Positions 18,908-29,759 of a stretch of 64,000 bases of DNA are shown here, piece after piece. The notes below the pieces were generated by a model. That model had not been told where the DNA came from. It searched no databases and was given only the letters and a program-made list of their open reading frames with translations. The stretch is from an uncultured Pseudomonadales bacterium (lineage in GTDB: Bacteria > Patescibacteriota > Microgenomatia > UBA1400 > PJMF01): contig CAZNOF010000006.1 of the NCBI GenBank assembly GCA_964574595.1, positions 21,532 to 85,531 on the forward strand, read 5' to 3'. A program made the position numbers and the translations under genes. How positions within the stretch are numbered: the stretch's first letter is position 1; the number at the start of each line of letters is the position of its first letter.

Positions 18908-19654
18908 ATGAACGATACTGGATCAGAAAAGCAGTCAAAACAAGAAACAACATCACCCAGAGACAAGTGGAGCTACGACCAATTTCGATCGTACATTCTT
19001 GAGGCTGGACGCAAGTTACCCATATCATTAAAGGACATGCCTAAGGAAATCACACTGGATCGAGAAAAAGGCGATACCCGCCCAAGTATTGGCACAATCA
19101 CCGATGAGATTTGGTCAGAAACAGCGAAAGATCCTCAACGAAATGAGCGGTTCAGAGCTGGTATTAGGACAACCGACGGGGGTCTTCGTTTTCAGCCGAT
19201 GGCTATTGGAACTGAGTATCATGTTTCGACAAAATCACCTCTTAAAACGAAAATCCTACAGAACCCAGTCACCTTATTAAAATACGACGTAAATGAGCTG
19301 AGACTTATGACTATTCATTCTCATGGGAAACAAGACTCGCCCCCATCTTCTAAAGATTTCTTGGACATTATTACTGATCAATCAGAAAAGCATGAAGTCG
19401 CTTTCGTCGTAGTAACCGAAACCACCAAATACTTACTGCTTCGCTCGTTTGAGACACCCGATTTACCCCCAGCACAAGCTGAGGCAATCATAAACACTGC
19501 GAAACTAAAAGTGGACATGCAGCAGATCGGCAAAAGTAGAGAGGATCAATTTAAAGTCCAATTAAAAGTCATGCTCGAAACCTGCAAAAGTCAGAGTTTA
19601 GCGTTATATAGAACAACCAATGGAAGTAATACCTACCAACGAGTGGAAATTTAA
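18908..19654 (+). CDS. hypothetical protein
   Basis: Intact 248-aa ORF divergent from pnp. No recognisable motif. Confidence 0.4.
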   Translation: MNDTGSEKQSKQETTSPRDKWSYDQFRSYILEAGRKLPISLKDMPKEITLDREKGDTRPSIGTITDEIWSETAKDPQRNERFRAGIRTTDGGLRFQPMAIGTEYHVSTKSPLKTKILQNPVTLLKYDVNELRLMTIHSHGKQDSPPSSKDFLDIITDQSEKHEVAFVVVTETTKYLLLRSFETPDLPPAQAEAIINTAKLKVDMQQIGKSREDQFKVQLKVMLETCKSQSLALYRTTNGSNTYQRVEI

Positions 19655-19656
19655 AC

Positions 19657-19926
19657 TTATTTAGTTAAGTTCAAGCGATCGATTAATTTTCGGTATCGCT
19701 CTTCACTCTTAGTTAATAAGAAGTTCAATAATCTTCGTCTCTTGGCAACTTGTTTTAACAAGCCACGGCGAGAGTGGTTATCTTTCTTATGTTTCTTTAA
19801 GTGTTCAGTTAATTCAAGAATGGAGTTGGTTAAGAGAGCAACTTGGACTTCTGGAGATCCAGTGTCACCTTCAAACAAGGCGTAATCCTTGATAATTTGT
19901 GTTTTACTTGTTTTGGTCAATGCCAT
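19657..19926 (-). CDS. rpsO: 30S ribosomal protein S15
   Basis: 89 aa. Conserved S15 sequence ([16 protein letters not shown]...). Confidence 0.9.
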   Translation of the reverse strand: MALTKTSKTQIIKDYALFEGDTGSPEVQVALLTNSILELTEHLKKHKKDNHSRRGLLKQVAKRRRLLNFLLTKSEERYRKLIDRLNLTK

Positions 19927-20027
19927 ATTGGTATTTTCCTTTTTTCACCGAGTCGAAACCTGGGGAAAAAGTAGCCTTTTATTTAATAAGATGGATATTA
20001 TATCACAACAACTCGAGAGATAAACCT

Positions 20028-21473
20028 TTAGTCCTCTTCCACTTTGTAGGCAATCAAGTGATCGCCAATTTGGAATCTAACATTGCGTTTGAAAGTCATA
20101 CCGAACTCACTCTTGGTTCGAGCGATATCGATTTGATCTTTGCCATGCATCATTGATTTAATTTCTGGGTCTAATAAAATTTCATCACCACGTTTTAAGT
20201 GCAATTTATCAGTCTTTTTCACTTCACCAGTCACAACTCTACAACCGGCAATGACTTCACCCTTCATCTCAAAGATCTGTAAGATCTCGATGTCGCCCAG
20301 CACCACTTCATCAATGGTTGGCTCGAGAAGTTTCAACATCTGTTTTTGTAAGTCTTCGAGTAATTTGTAGATGACGTCGTATTGCTTAATCTTCACTTTA
20401 GCGTTTTTAGCCTTCTCTTCAACCTTTTTTGGAAGTTTAGTGTGGAAAACCAAAATCATTGAACCAGTGGTTTCTGCAAAATCGATATCATCTTCAGTCA
20501 CTTCACCCACACCAGATCGTAAGACCACAGTACTTTCCTCATCAATGTTTTGCATGATGGCTTCTAAAGTACCTTGGACATCTGCTTTAATCATCAATTT
20601 TAATTTTGGATGCTCGTTGAAAAGAGCGGTGTAGTCAGTTGGAACGCGAACTTCAGGCTCAGCGACCACTTCTTCTACGGCGGCTTCTTTGCCAACTTCT
20701 TGAATAATCGCACCTACGGCTGGAACATCAGTGAATCCTACAATTTCAGCTGGACTACCTGGTGTCACAGTGATAAGTGGTTTGCGATTTTCATCAACTA
20801 ATTGGCGAACTCGACCTAAAGCACCATCAGCCACTACGTCTTGGCGAACTCGCAAAGTACCTTGTTGGACAACTACAGTCGCAACTGCGCCACGTTTTTG
20901 ATCTTTGGTAGATTCAATGACTACTGCTTTCAAATCTGCATCTGGATCTGCTTGGTAGTTGTTCAACTCAGCCATCGTTAAGATTAGCTCGAGCAATTGA
21001 TCAACACCTTTACCTGTCTTGGCAGACAGCTCAACCACGTCAATTTCACCGCCGTAGCCATGAACTAAGACATCTTGCTCAGCAAGTTGGGCCTTTGCCA
21101 TATCTGGATAGACATTTGGTAAGTCGATTTTGTTAATAGCCACCACGTAAGGCACACCAGCTTCTTTAATATGACGAATTGACTCAATGGTTTGAGGTTT
21201 GACGCCATCATTAGCAGCCACAACTAAGACCACAATATCGGTCACCTTGGCACCACGAGCACGCATTTTGTTAAATGCTGAGTGGCCAGGAGTATCGATA
21301 AAAGTAATCTTCTTTTTCTCAAATTCAATCTGGTAGGCACCAATATGCTGCGTAATTCCACCCGCTTCACGAGCCGTGACGTGGGTTTTACGGATGTAAT
21401 CCAAGAGGGACGTCTTCCCGTGGTCGACGTGACCCATGATGGTTACAATTGGTGGTCTTGGTGTCAATGCCAT
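20028..21473 (-). CDS. infB: translation initiation factor IF-2, minimal form (G domain + domain II + C-terminal domains; no N-terminal extension)
   Basis: [12 protein letters not shown] (G1), DTPGH (G3), NKID (G4). 481 aa versus 700-900 aa typical for bacterial IF-2. Confidence 0.85.
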   Translation of the reverse strand: MALTPRPPIVTIMGHVDHGKTSLLDYIRKTHVTAREAGGITQHIGAYQIEFEKKKITFIDTPGHSAFNKMRARGAKVTDIVVLVVAANDGVKPQTIESIRHIKEAGVPYVVAINKIDLPNVYPDMAKAQLAEQDVLVHGYGGEIDVVELSAKTGKGVDQLLELILTMAELNNYQADPDADLKAVVIESTKDQKRGAVATVVVQQGTLRVRQDVVADGALGRVRQLVDENRKPLITVTPGSPAEIVGFTDVPAVGAIIQEVGKEAAVEEVVAEPEVRVPTDYTALFNEHPKLKLMIKADVQGTLEAIMQNIDEESTVVLRSGVGEVTEDDIDFAETTGSMILVFHTKLPKKVEEKAKNAKVKIKQYDVIYKLLEDLQKQMLKLLEPTIDEVVLGDIEILQIFEMKGEVIAGCRVVTGEVKKTDKLHLKRGDEILLDPEIKSMMHGKDQIDIARTKSEFGMTFKRNVRFQIGDHLIAYKVEED

Positions 21474-21476
21474 TAT

Positions 21477-22799
21477 TTATTCAGCTTTCTTGTCTTTTCT
21501 ATCGTTATCAAATGGTTTGTTATCAAAAGGTTTGCGACCTAACTTCATGCCTAAGGCATCTCGTTCAGCCATTTCTTTTTCAAACACAGTTACTTTTTCT
21601 TCAAGCATGGCTTTGAACTCATCGCTCATCTCTTCCATGGCTCTCCAGCGATCTTTAAATCGAGCTAAGTCGGCTAAAGTTGTCAATTTGTTTTGAATTA
21701 ATAACTCGCGAACTTCTGGTGTTAAGCCTGGGAAGGTATCGATTTCGTGTTCTTCTTCACCAGTGACAGCAGATTGGACATCGCCTGATGCTGATTGAAT
21801 GGTAATTTTGTACCCTGTCAATTTAGCAGCTAAACGAACGTTCTGTCCACCGCGACCAATGGCTAATGACAGTTGATCATCTGGAGCAGTCACGGTCACC
21901 ATCTTCATGGCTTCATCGATCTCAATCTTCAAATTCTCAGCAGGAGCTAAAGCACCTTTTAAGTAATCAACTTGATCTTCAGTGTATGGAATAATGTCGA
22001 TTTTTTCGTTGTTAACTTCACGAATGACTTCTTGGACACGCACACCGCGTTGACCAACACATGAACCAACTGGATCAACACCTTCTTGGGTTGATTTAAC
22101 AGCTAATTTAGTGCGGACACCGGCTTCACGAGCAATAGCCACAATTTTGACAGCACCTGAAGCGACTTCTGGAACTTCTCGTTCAAATAATTTAGAAACG
22201 AGTTCTTTTGAAGCACGAGAAACGATAATAGATTTACCCTTGAAAGTATCTCGAATTTCTTTGACATACACGGAGATACGATTGTTTAATCGATAAAACT
22301 CACCGCGCATTTGCTCTTCTGGAGGCATAATTCCTTGACCTCGACCTAAGTCTAAGATCACCATCTTGCCGTCCATACGGAGGATTTGAGCATTAATAAT
22401 TTCACCAATTCTGCCTTGGAAGTCAGAAATCACTTGGTCTTTTTCAGATTCACGGATCTTTTGTAAAATCACTTGCTTAGCAGTTTGCGCGGCAATACGG
22501 CCAAAACCAGCTGGAGTAACATCTTCTTTGACTTTTGGATTCCATTTCAAGACTTCGCCAGTCTCTTCATCTTTTTCCAAAACTGGATATTTGAAGATCT
22601 GTGACTCACCAGTATCGGCGTTCACTTCGGCAATGTAATGTGATTCTTCATCGAGTGGACCAAATTGTTTGCGGTATGCTGAAACTAACGCTTGCTGAAT
22701 ACCTTCCACAATAGATTCTGGGGTAATTCCACGTTCGTTAGAAATCTGTGCAATCGCAGCAGAAAATTCGGTACGAGCAACTTTTGGTGTGGCTGACAT
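21477..22799 (-). CDS. nusA: transcription termination/antitermination factor NusA with short charged C-terminal tail
   Basis: N-terminal RNAP-binding domain, S1 and two KH domains (GxxG motifs). 440 aa. Tail has KPFDNKPFDN repeat. Confidence 0.85.
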   Translation of the reverse strand: MSATPKVARTEFSAAIAQISNERGITPESIVEGIQQALVSAYRKQFGPLDEESHYIAEVNADTGESQIFKYPVLEKDEETGEVLKWNPKVKEDVTPAGFGRIAAQTAKQVILQKIRESEKDQVISDFQGRIGEIINAQILRMDGKMVILDLGRGQGIMPPEEQMRGEFYRLNNRISVYVKEIRDTFKGKSIIVSRASKELVSKLFEREVPEVASGAVKIVAIAREAGVRTKLAVKSTQEGVDPVGSCVGQRGVRVQEVIREVNNEKIDIIPYTEDQVDYLKGALAPAENLKIEIDEAMKMVTVTAPDDQLSLAIGRGGQNVRLAAKLTGYKITIQSASGDVQSAVTGEEEHEIDTFPGLTPEVRELLIQNKLTTLADLARFKDRWRAMEEMSDEFKAMLEEKVTVFEKEMAERDALGMKLGRKPFDNKPFDNDRKDKKAE

Positions 22800-23280
22800 A
22801 AAAATTCCTTCTTAATTGATATCTTTTACAAAAAAAGGACAGCCTGGGCGTCCTTCTCTACTCAATCTCAAACAGCCCTTATTATACACATTTTTTGAGG
22901 AAATTCAAAGGTGAGGTGGCAAAGGGAAAGATTTTGTGGAGAGGCGGGTTTTGGTTTATAAGCCAAAACCCACCTCAACTGTTAAGGATGCGAGCTTCTA
23001 GTTGCCGCCAACGGTGCCAGTATCTCCATTACCGGGAGAAGGACTTGGACCGTCATCGGGACCGTAGCTCAAGAGACACTTCTTCATGCTGCAGTACTCC
23101 TTACATAACTGAACATTGCAGTTGACCGCCTTGATGGCATCCGCTAAGGATTTGTCAACGTACATGATGATAATCTGGTTTTCCGCGACGTCAACCGTTA
23201 GTTATATGAGCAATCTAGATTACCAGAAGCGAGAAGTTATAGTAAAATAAAGAGAATTACATCCCCAGCTAGGAGTCATC

Positions 23281-23700
23281 ATGGCCGTCACAAAATTAAA
23301 TCCATACATTAATTACAAAGGGCAAGCAAAAGAAGCCTTGGAGTTTTATCATTCCTGTTTTGGTGGCGACTTGAAGATGACTACCTATAAAGAAGGCGGC
23401 ATGTCTCACGGACCCGCGACAGATAACTTGATCATGCATGGTCAATTGACCGTGAGCGACTCATTTACCTTGATGGTTTCTGACGCTCCAGAAGATATGC
23501 CAATTGATGCCGGCTCTAGTATCCAAGTTTCCATTAGTGGTGATAATGAAGCCGAGCTTCAAGGATATTGGGACAAATTAACTCAAGGTGGCTCAGTCAC
23601 CATGCCATACACAAAAGCTCCTTGGGGAGATACCTTTGGCATGTTTAAAGACAAATTCGGAACCAACTGGATGATCAATTGCGCTGGTAAAAAGGCCTAA
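23281..23700 (+). CDS. VOC/glyoxalase-superfamily protein, PhnB-like
   Basis: N-terminal LNPYINYKGQAKEALEFYHSCFGG matches the PhnB-like pattern (NPYL.F.G.A.EA..FY...FG). 139 aa. Confidence 0.6.
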   Translation: MAVTKLNPYINYKGQAKEALEFYHSCFGGDLKMTTYKEGGMSHGPATDNLIMHGQLTVSDSFTLMVSDAPEDMPIDAGSSIQVSISGDNEAELQGYWDKLTQGGSVTMPYTKAPWGDTFGMFKDKFGTNWMINCAGKKA

Positions 23701-23720
23701 TTTTCTGATACGCTTACTGA

Positions 23721-24287
23721 ATGCAGAAACCAACAAGAAAAACCTGGGTAATTGGCGGAATTATTGTGATTGCTGTTTTAGCACTAGCATCGAAAGGCTA
23801 TTCATCTCCGATGAATACCTCCCGAGACATTCTGTCTAGTTCTCATGATTATCGTGAACCAGCCCATTTTACCTATGATGCCAGTAAACTTCCTTCACTT
23901 GGAGCTTCAGAATCGGATGTGTACCGACTGTTGGGTTCAAATGTTGACAGACGGCTAAGTTATAAAACCACACATCAAAAAACAGTGAACGGCCAATCGT
24001 TTGAATTTAATAAAATTATTGAATATAACGATACTGTCTACAAGACAACACAACGAACTGATGGCGACGTCCAGGTTACCGACTCGCTCCCAGTTGAAAG
24101 TTCTGAAGTTGTCATCTTCCTTCTCGATGGAAAAGTCACTCATTTTGCTGGCTTTCACGGCACTAGACAATCACTTCAAGAAGACTATGCCCCTTCAGCT
24201 GACTCAGTTAATTTGGATGAGCAAGGTAAAGCATGGCCAGATTCCATGGAAGATATTAGAATGTACCGAGAAGAAACTGGCAGCTAA
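23721..24287 (+). CDS. membrane-anchored hypothetical protein
   Basis: N-terminal TM helix (WVIGGIIVIAVLALA), then a soluble domain. Convergent with the J-protein gene. Confidence 0.45.
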   Translation: MQKPTRKTWVIGGIIVIAVLALASKGYSSPMNTSRDILSSSHDYREPAHFTYDASKLPSLGASESDVYRLLGSNVDRRLSYKTTHQKTVNGQSFEFNKIIEYNDTVYKTTQRTDGDVQVTDSLPVESSEVVIFLLDGKVTHFAGFHGTRQSLQEDYAPSADSVNLDEQGKAWPDSMEDIRMYREETGS

Positions 24288-25142
24288 TTACTCAACGTCT
24301 TGAAGTTGTTCAAGAATTTTTTTCTGTTCTCGAGTCAATTTTTCTGGCACAGTCACGATTAAGCGGACGTATAAGTCACCACGACCTCGAGCCTGGAGGT
24401 GCTGCACACCTTCCCCACGTAACCGAATTAATGAGTGGGTCTGTGTTCCAGCGCGTACCTTCACCTTCAACGAACCTTCCAAAGTAGGAACTTCTGTGGT
24501 CCCCCCGAGTGCGGCAGTAGTAAATGAGATGTTCTGATCAACGTATAAATCGTAATTATCTCGTTTGAAAATGCGGTGTGGGGTTACTTCCAGCGTAATA
24601 TCAAACTCATCAAATCGAATTCGGGTGCCATTATCGGCTCCAGCAGGGATTTTAATGGTCTTCTTTTTACCGGCTACCTCAATGACTTTTTCCACGCCTT
24701 TGACGGCCTCCATGAACTCAATTCTCATAGAGTAGCGCTGTCGGCGTTGGCCACCAAATCCACCACTGAAAATATTTTCAAAAATATCAAACGGATCATT
24801 GAAATCCATGCCTTCAAATGGGTTTCCACCTGCCCCTTGTTGATATGACCATTGGAACGGACCTTGGCCAGCTCCTGAGAATGGATTGCCACCCCCGGCC
24901 CCACCCATATTGTTTTGGTTGAAAGCGTTGTGACCATAGGTATCGTAGGCCTGTTTCTTTTGGGCGTCAGATAACACCTGGTAGGCTTCATTGATTTCTT
25001 TGAATTTGGCCTCTGCACCAGCCTCTTTATTGTGGTCTGGGTGATGTTTAAGCGCCATCTTGCGATAAGCCGCCTTTATATCAGCTGCGGAAGCCGATTT
25101 TGATACACCTAAAATTTCGTAGTAGTCTCGAGTAGTTGCCAT
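24288..25142 (-). CDS. cbpA: J-domain co-chaperone, CbpA-like (DnaJ class lacking the Cys-rich zinc-finger domain)
   Basis: J domain with HPD (KHHPDHN). Gly-rich linker. DnaJ C-terminal substrate-binding domain. No CxxCxGxG repeats. 284 aa. Confidence 0.75.
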   Translation of the reverse strand: MATTRDYYEILGVSKSASAADIKAAYRKMALKHHPDHNKEAGAEAKFKEINEAYQVLSDAQKKQAYDTYGHNAFNQNNMGGAGGGNPFSGAGQGPFQWSYQQGAGGNPFEGMDFNDPFDIFENIFSGGFGGQRRQRYSMRIEFMEAVKGVEKVIEVAGKKKTIKIPAGADNGTRIRFDEFDITLEVTPHRIFKRDNYDLYVDQNISFTTAALGGTTEVPTLEGSLKVKVRAGTQTHSLIRLRGEGVQHLQARGRGDLYVRLIVTVPEKLTREQKKILEQLQDVE

Positions 25143-25345
25143 AAGTTGTTTATTCTAACAAGTTTTTTGTATTAAGTTAAGCAGACAAATAGATTGATTG
25201 CTAAATCCAGATCAGATATCGAGTGATATTATCAGAAATTAGGCCTATAACATTTACAAATTGGACTTTCTTTGCTATAATAACCGAGGTGATTGAATAG
25301 TCTGATCACACAGCGATCAGACCTAGCTCTTTAAAGGTAAAAACC

Positions 25346-25585
25346 GTGAATAAGAAGCGTCGTTTCCCAGGAATCGGTCGTGTTGCTCTCTTGTTAGTGT
25401 TCATCATTGTAACTTTAATCGGATTAGCTCTCGACTATCATGGGATTTGGGATTATATGCCCACGGAGCAGGATACTCCAAGCATCGTCATAGGACTCGC
25501 TTTAGCTCTTATTGGGCTGATCGGTTCCCTACTCACGTACAATAATTTGCGCAATTACCTGATTACGCACATTCATGAACTCTAG
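25346..25585 (+). CDS. small two-TM membrane protein, hypothetical (GTG start)
   Basis: 79 aa with two hydrophobic helices. aaagg RBS upstream of GTG. Followed by a strong terminator. Confidence 0.4.
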   Translation: MNKKRRFPGIGRVALLLVFIIVTLIGLALDYHGIWDYMPTEQDTPSIVIGLALALIGLIGSLLTYNNLRNYLITHIHEL

Positions 25586-25606
25586 TCGGTTCACCAACCG
25601 CATTAG

Positions 25607-25645
25607 ATTAAAAAGACCCCTGGCATGTATTGCAGGGGTTTTTTC
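25607..25645. terminator. bidirectional intrinsic terminator (ACCCCUG-loop-CAGGGGU with flanking A-run/U-run)
   Basis: AAAAAGACCCCTGGCATGTATTGCAGGGGTTTTTT. Confidence 0.6.
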
Positions 25646-25654
25646 TGTCAATTT

Positions 25655-25948
25655 TTACTTTCCTGCGTATTCGCTTTGCAGCCGTTCTTCTTCTGCCAAC
25701 AAATCTTTTTGCGCTTGGGTAATTTTGTTCAATCCTGCTTTTAAGTGGGGCTTTTGGCTAAAGTCCGGTTGGTTCACAATCGCCGCGTACTCTCGGCGCA
25801 AATGCAGCCTGCGATTGTTAATTCCCTGCCTGATAAACTCAAACTGCATGTGCGGACTGAGCTCAGCCCACTCTTCATATTTTTTGAGAAATTCCGGATC
25901 ATACTCGCCGAGTTTGATGGCGTCGTCGAGGTTGTATTTGGTTGGCAT
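25655..25948 (-). CDS. hypothetical protein (97 aa)
   Basis: Protein-like composition. Preferred over the overlapping Cys/Ser-rich plus-strand ORF 25575..26072. Confidence 0.4.
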   Translation of the reverse strand: MPTKYNLDDAIKLGEYDPEFLKKYEEWAELSPHMQFEFIRQGINNRRLHLRREYAAIVNQPDFSQKPHLKAGLNKITQAQKDLLAEEERLQSEYAGK

Positions 25949-25949
25949 A

Positions 25950-26786
25950 CTACTTATCCCATTCCGGAAGATTATCCCATGGCCCTGGGAAATTTGGTGG
26001 ATTCTTGACGTGATCTTTTCCCCAGGTCTCGATTGTCACATCTCTAAAATCAATTTTGTCAGTTGGGACTAATCGCCAGTCAAAAATAATTGCTCTTTTT
26101 TTGGAGTATCTCGCAATAAAAGTATACATGTTTTGATCGGGGTAATATTGATAAATCATCTGAGAAACTGGGCTGAGACGAGCGAACTCACCCGGCTCAA
26201 TGTATGACAGCTCGGTCAGGTTATGTGGACAACCAATTCGCTTGGGATCCATAAAACAGGTATTCTTGATAGCGGCATTCAAGATGAAAAAGTTTGAGGC
26301 TTGAGCACTGCCGTAACTTTCTAGGACATTTTGGAGAATCAATGAGCCACCTAAGGTAAATGTCAAAAAAGTCAGGACCGCTAATATGGCGTCAACTTGA
26401 ACAAACTGTTTGCTCCGTTTGGTTACTTTTAAAATCAACCTAAAAAAAGCATACGGTATCGCCGTTATGCCCAAGAACACACTCGCAGCTACGAACAAGA
26501 CTGTTGAAAAAAACACCGCTGGAGGCGGTACATGGGTATTTATGACTTGGTCTTTAATAAAAGCAATAATCAGCGGGGCGGCTAACCAGCACCCAAACCA
26601 CCCAAACGCCGGGAGAATAAAGACTAAATATTTTTTCCAAGATTGAATTTTTTTTGTAGAAAGATGGAAATGCGGCAAGATGTATTTGGGAAACAGGAAT
26701 AAAATCCACACGGCATACCCGAAAACACTTAATGAACCAACAACACCCAGAAATAATGAGAAGAAAAGAAGTTGATCCATACTCAC
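25950..26786 (-). CDS. polytopic membrane protein, hypothetical
   Basis: About 6 hydrophobic helices. Translationally coupled to the downstream 97-aa gene. Confidence 0.45.
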   Translation of the reverse strand: MSMDQLLFFSLFLGVVGSLSVFGYAVWILFLFPKYILPHFHLSTKKIQSWKKYLVFILPAFGWFGCWLAAPLIIAFIKDQVINTHVPPPAVFFSTVLFVAASVFLGITAIPYAFFRLILKVTKRSKQFVQVDAILAVLTFLTFTLGGSLILQNVLESYGSAQASNFFILNAAIKNTCFMDPKRIGCPHNLTELSYIEPGEFARLSPVSQMIYQYYPDQNMYTFIARYSKKRAIIFDWRLVPTDKIDFRDVTIETWGKDHVKNPPNFPGPWDNLPEWDK

Positions 26787-26817
26787 CTACTTTCTGGATT
26801 CAATTATACAGCTCTCA

Positions 26818-27231
26818 TTAACTCACTAATTTCTTGACACCTGGCGCGTTCAGTTGCATAACTTCCAGGGGATACTCTGCCAGTATGCGACCTTCTTGCT
26901 CGATAATAAACAGGTACTCCCCAACTTCTGGGAAAGGAAACCCTTCCAAGTTAGAGATCATGTTGGCTTTGCCATTATCACCAAATTTGATGTTGGCGAG
27001 CGCGGAAAACAGCTCTTCATTTGCTGGAGAGAGGGCTCGCAATTTCACTTGAGCTTCTTGATGTGGTTTACCTCGGAGAATGGCCACAAAGGACAGTTTT
27101 GGGTAATTCATAGGGACTTGTTGCACAAAAATTTTGTCAAAAATACCCATCACAGATAACTTCTTATCCTCGGAGGTGATCGCGTAATCAGCCAGAGCAA
27201 TGAGCTCTGGCTGAATCAAATGCTTATCCAT
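26818..27231 (-). CDS. hypothetical protein immediately downstream of dnaK
   Basis: Start set at Met38 (MDKHLIQ) with an AAGGAA RBS, 1 nt after the dnaK stop. The ORF-track start would overlap the dnaK 3' end by 110 nt. Confidence 0.4.
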   Translation of the reverse strand: MDKHLIQPELIALADYAITSEDKKLSVMGIFDKIFVQQVPMNYPKLSFVAILRGKPHQEAQVKLRALSPANEELFSALANIKFGDNGKANMISNLEGFPFPEVGEYLFIIEQEGRILAEYPLEVMQLNAPGVKKLVS

Positions 27232-27232
27232 G

Positions 27233-29170
27233 TTATTCCTTGACGACTTCGCCTTCTTCGGCAGCGCCTTTGTCATCGGCTTTGGCGCCATCTGCGGTTC
27301 CAGTTCCGGCTTCGGCAGCTCCCTCAGTTCCTGGTGCACCACTGGCAGCTGATTGAGCTTTCATCATGGCTTCACCAATTTTCTGGGAAGAGGTTAAGGT
27401 TTCTTCAGTCGCTTTATCAAGCTCTTCTTTGGTCGCGTCGTCTTTCTCAGCTAACTCTTTCAATTTCTTGACGTTTTCCTCGATATTTTTCTTGGTGTCT
27501 GCGTCGACTTTGTCGCCGTAATCAGCCAATTGTTTCTCGAGTTCAAAGACCACACTTTGAGCGTGATTTCTAGCTTCAACAAGCTCTTTCTTTCGTTTAT
27601 CTTCGTCGGCATACTTCTCAGCTTCAGCCTTCATGCGTTCCACTTCCTCATCTGAAAGGTTGGTAGAGTTTTGAATACTGATTTTTTGCTCTTTACCAGA
27701 CGTTTTCTCTTTGGCAGAAACGTTCAAGATACCGTTGGAGTCAATATCAAACGTGACTTCAATTTGTGGCATTCCTCGGCGAGCAGCTGGGATTCCATCC
27801 AAGATGAATCGACCTAATGACTTGTTGTCAGCGGCCATTTCACGCTCACCTTGTAAGACGTTAATCTCGACTTGAGTCTGATTATCAGCCGCAGTTGAGA
27901 AGGTTTGTGACTTACTGGTTGGGATGGTCGTGTTGCGATCGATCAAAGGAGTTCTGACACCACCTAAAGTCTCTAGACCTAATGTTAGTGGGGTCACGTC
28001 CAAGAGGACTACGTCTTTGACGTCTCCACCAATCACACCAGCTTGAATTGCAGCACCAACGGCCACGACTTCATCTGGGTTGACGCCTTGGTGAGGGGTT
28101 TTGCCAAAGAATTTCTTGACTTCTTCCACCACTTTAGGCATACGAGTCATACCACCAACTAAGACCACTTCTTGAATATCTGAAGCTTTCAACTTGGCGT
28201 CTGCCAAGGCTTTTTTGACAGGTTCGAAACTGCGTTTAATTAAGTCATCCACTAACTCTTCCAATTTTGCTCTAGTGAGCGTCATGGTTAAGTGAAGTGG
28301 TTGACCATCATCACCTTGACCAATGAATGGTTGGTTAATTTCAGTTTGAGCGGCAGAAGACAGCTCAATCTTGGCTTTTTCAGCAGAATCTTTAATACGC
28401 TGCATGGCTTGTGGATCTTTGGACAGATCTTTGCCAGTTTCTTTTTTGAACTCACTTAAAATCCACTCAATGACTTTACTGTCAAAGTCGTCACCACCCA
28501 AGAACGTGTCACCGTTGGTAGATTTGACTTCAAACACACCGCCACCAATTTCCAAGACGGAGATATCAAAAGTTCCACCACCTAAGTCGTAAACAGCGAT
28601 CACGCCGTTGCCTTTTTTATCAAGACCGTAGGCTAAAGCAGCGGCGGTTGGCTCGTTGACGATACGCTCGACTGTTAAGCCGGCAATTTCACCCGCTTGT
28701 TTGGTTGCTTGACGTTGAGAATCATCAAAGTAGGCTGGCACGGTAATCACGGCACGAGTTACTTCGCCACCAAGGTAGGCTTCAGCATCAGCTTTGGCTT
28801 TACCTAAAATCTTGGCAGAAATCTCTTGTGGTGAGTATTGTTTGGCAGCCACTTTAATCATGGCCATGCCATCTTTACCTTCGGCCACATCATAGGCCAC
28901 GTGTTTCATCGCGTTTTGCACGCGATCTGACTTCACTTTTTGACCCATAAAGCGCTTGACTGAGTTAATGGTAGCTTTTGGATTCAAGACCATTTGACGT
29001 TTGGCGGCATCGCCGACTACGTAGTTCTCGCCCTTAAATGAGACGATAGATGGAAAGGTATTTCGACCTTCCGCAGTTGGAATAACTTTTGGTGAACCAC
29101 CTTCCATCACAGCGACTGCTGAGTTGGTGGTACCTAAATCAATTCCGATTATTTTTCCTGTATTTGACAT
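27233..29170 (-). CDS. dnaK: molecular chaperone DnaK (Hsp70)
   Basis: [20 protein letters not shown] and other Hsp70 signatures. 645 aa. Confidence 0.95.
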   Translation of the reverse strand: MSNTGKIIGIDLGTTNSAVAVMEGGSPKVIPTAEGRNTFPSIVSFKGENYVVGDAAKRQMVLNPKATINSVKRFMGQKVKSDRVQNAMKHVAYDVAEGKDGMAMIKVAAKQYSPQEISAKILGKAKADAEAYLGGEVTRAVITVPAYFDDSQRQATKQAGEIAGLTVERIVNEPTAAALAYGLDKKGNGVIAVYDLGGGTFDISVLEIGGGVFEVKSTNGDTFLGGDDFDSKVIEWILSEFKKETGKDLSKDPQAMQRIKDSAEKAKIELSSAAQTEINQPFIGQGDDGQPLHLTMTLTRAKLEELVDDLIKRSFEPVKKALADAKLKASDIQEVVLVGGMTRMPKVVEEVKKFFGKTPHQGVNPDEVVAVGAAIQAGVIGGDVKDVVLLDVTPLTLGLETLGGVRTPLIDRNTTIPTSKSQTFSTAADNQTQVEINVLQGEREMAADNKSLGRFILDGIPAARRGMPQIEVTFDIDSNGILNVSAKEKTSGKEQKISIQNSTNLSDEEVERMKAEAEKYADEDKRKKELVEARNHAQSVVFELEKQLADYGDKVDADTKKNIEENVKKLKELAEKDDATKEELDKATEETLTSSQKIGEAMMKAQSAASGAPGTEGAAEAGTGTADGAKADDKGAAEEGEVVKE

Positions 29171-29215
29171 ACAATCTCCTATAAATTCGCCCCCCTTCGG
29201 GGACCTTGTAATTTT

Positions 29216-29749
29216 TTATAACTCTTTCTCTGCTCCAACCACGACTTTGGCATGGCGGATGACTTCTCCATTCAATCTATATCCTCTGGAAACGACTTTC
29301 ATGACTTTTTCCAGATCTTTTTTGTCTTTGACTTCGACTTTATCAATCACTTCCATGGTGGCTGAATCAAACTTTTTGCCCATTACATCAATCTCTTCTA
29401 AACCTTCACCAGCTAAGGCTTGCTGGAACTGCATGACCACCATGTCTAAACCTTTATCTTTCAATTGATCCTTGGCTAAAATTAAGTGGTCCAAAGGTTG
29501 CAAGATACTTTCGATGACGCTCAAACTTGCCATCTTGGCCATTTTGGCTCGATCATCTTGCGTCCGGCGATGCAAATTTTGATAATCTGCTTGCGCGCGG
29601 CGCTGTTGTTCTTGTAGGTTTTTAATCTGTGCCTCTAAGTCAGCCACTCTATCGCCATTTTCTTCAACAGCTACCTCAATATCATCTGGATCCAGCTCTT
29701 CAGCGTCGTCGACCATATTTACCGGTATTTTGTGTACGTCGTCTGCCAT
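29216..29749 (-). CDS. grpE: nucleotide exchange factor GrpE
   Basis: RAQADYQNLHRRTQDD (GrpE signature). 177 aa. Precedes dnaK. Confidence 0.85.
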   Translation of the reverse strand: MADDVHKIPVNMVDDAEELDPDDIEVAVEENGDRVADLEAQIKNLQEQQRRAQADYQNLHRRTQDDRAKMAKMASLSVIESILQPLDHLILAKDQLKDKGLDMVVMQFQQALAGEGLEEIDVMGKKFDSATMEVIDKVEVKDKKDLEKVMKVVSRGYRLNGEVIRHAKVVVGAEKEL

Positions 29750-29759
29750 TGTGTTTCTC

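Noticed and set aside
22895-23125. 76-aa plus-strand ORF upstream of nusA
   Set aside because: Arg/Ser/Cys-rich with no RBS. Overlaps the more interesting minus-strand Cys-rich small ORF. Neither is strongly supported.
24297-24326. Hairpin TCTTGAA-GTTG-TTCAAGA + T7 inside the 3' end of the J-protein gene
   Set aside because: It could terminate the convergent plus-strand gene 23721..24287. It lies within coding sequence of cbpA on the other strand, and the call is too uncertain to list as a feature.
25575-26072. 165-aa plus-strand ORF
   Set aside because: Cys/Ser-rich junk. Antisense to two plausible minus-strand genes. The terminator at 25607-25645 would cut it.
29188-29218. GC hairpin (CCCC-UUCG-GGGG) + T-run between dnaK start and grpE stop
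   Set aside because: The T-run is on the plus strand, whereas the operon is on the minus strand. It cannot be a terminator for grpE-dnaK. It is possibly an mRNA processing or stability hairpin but is unsupported.
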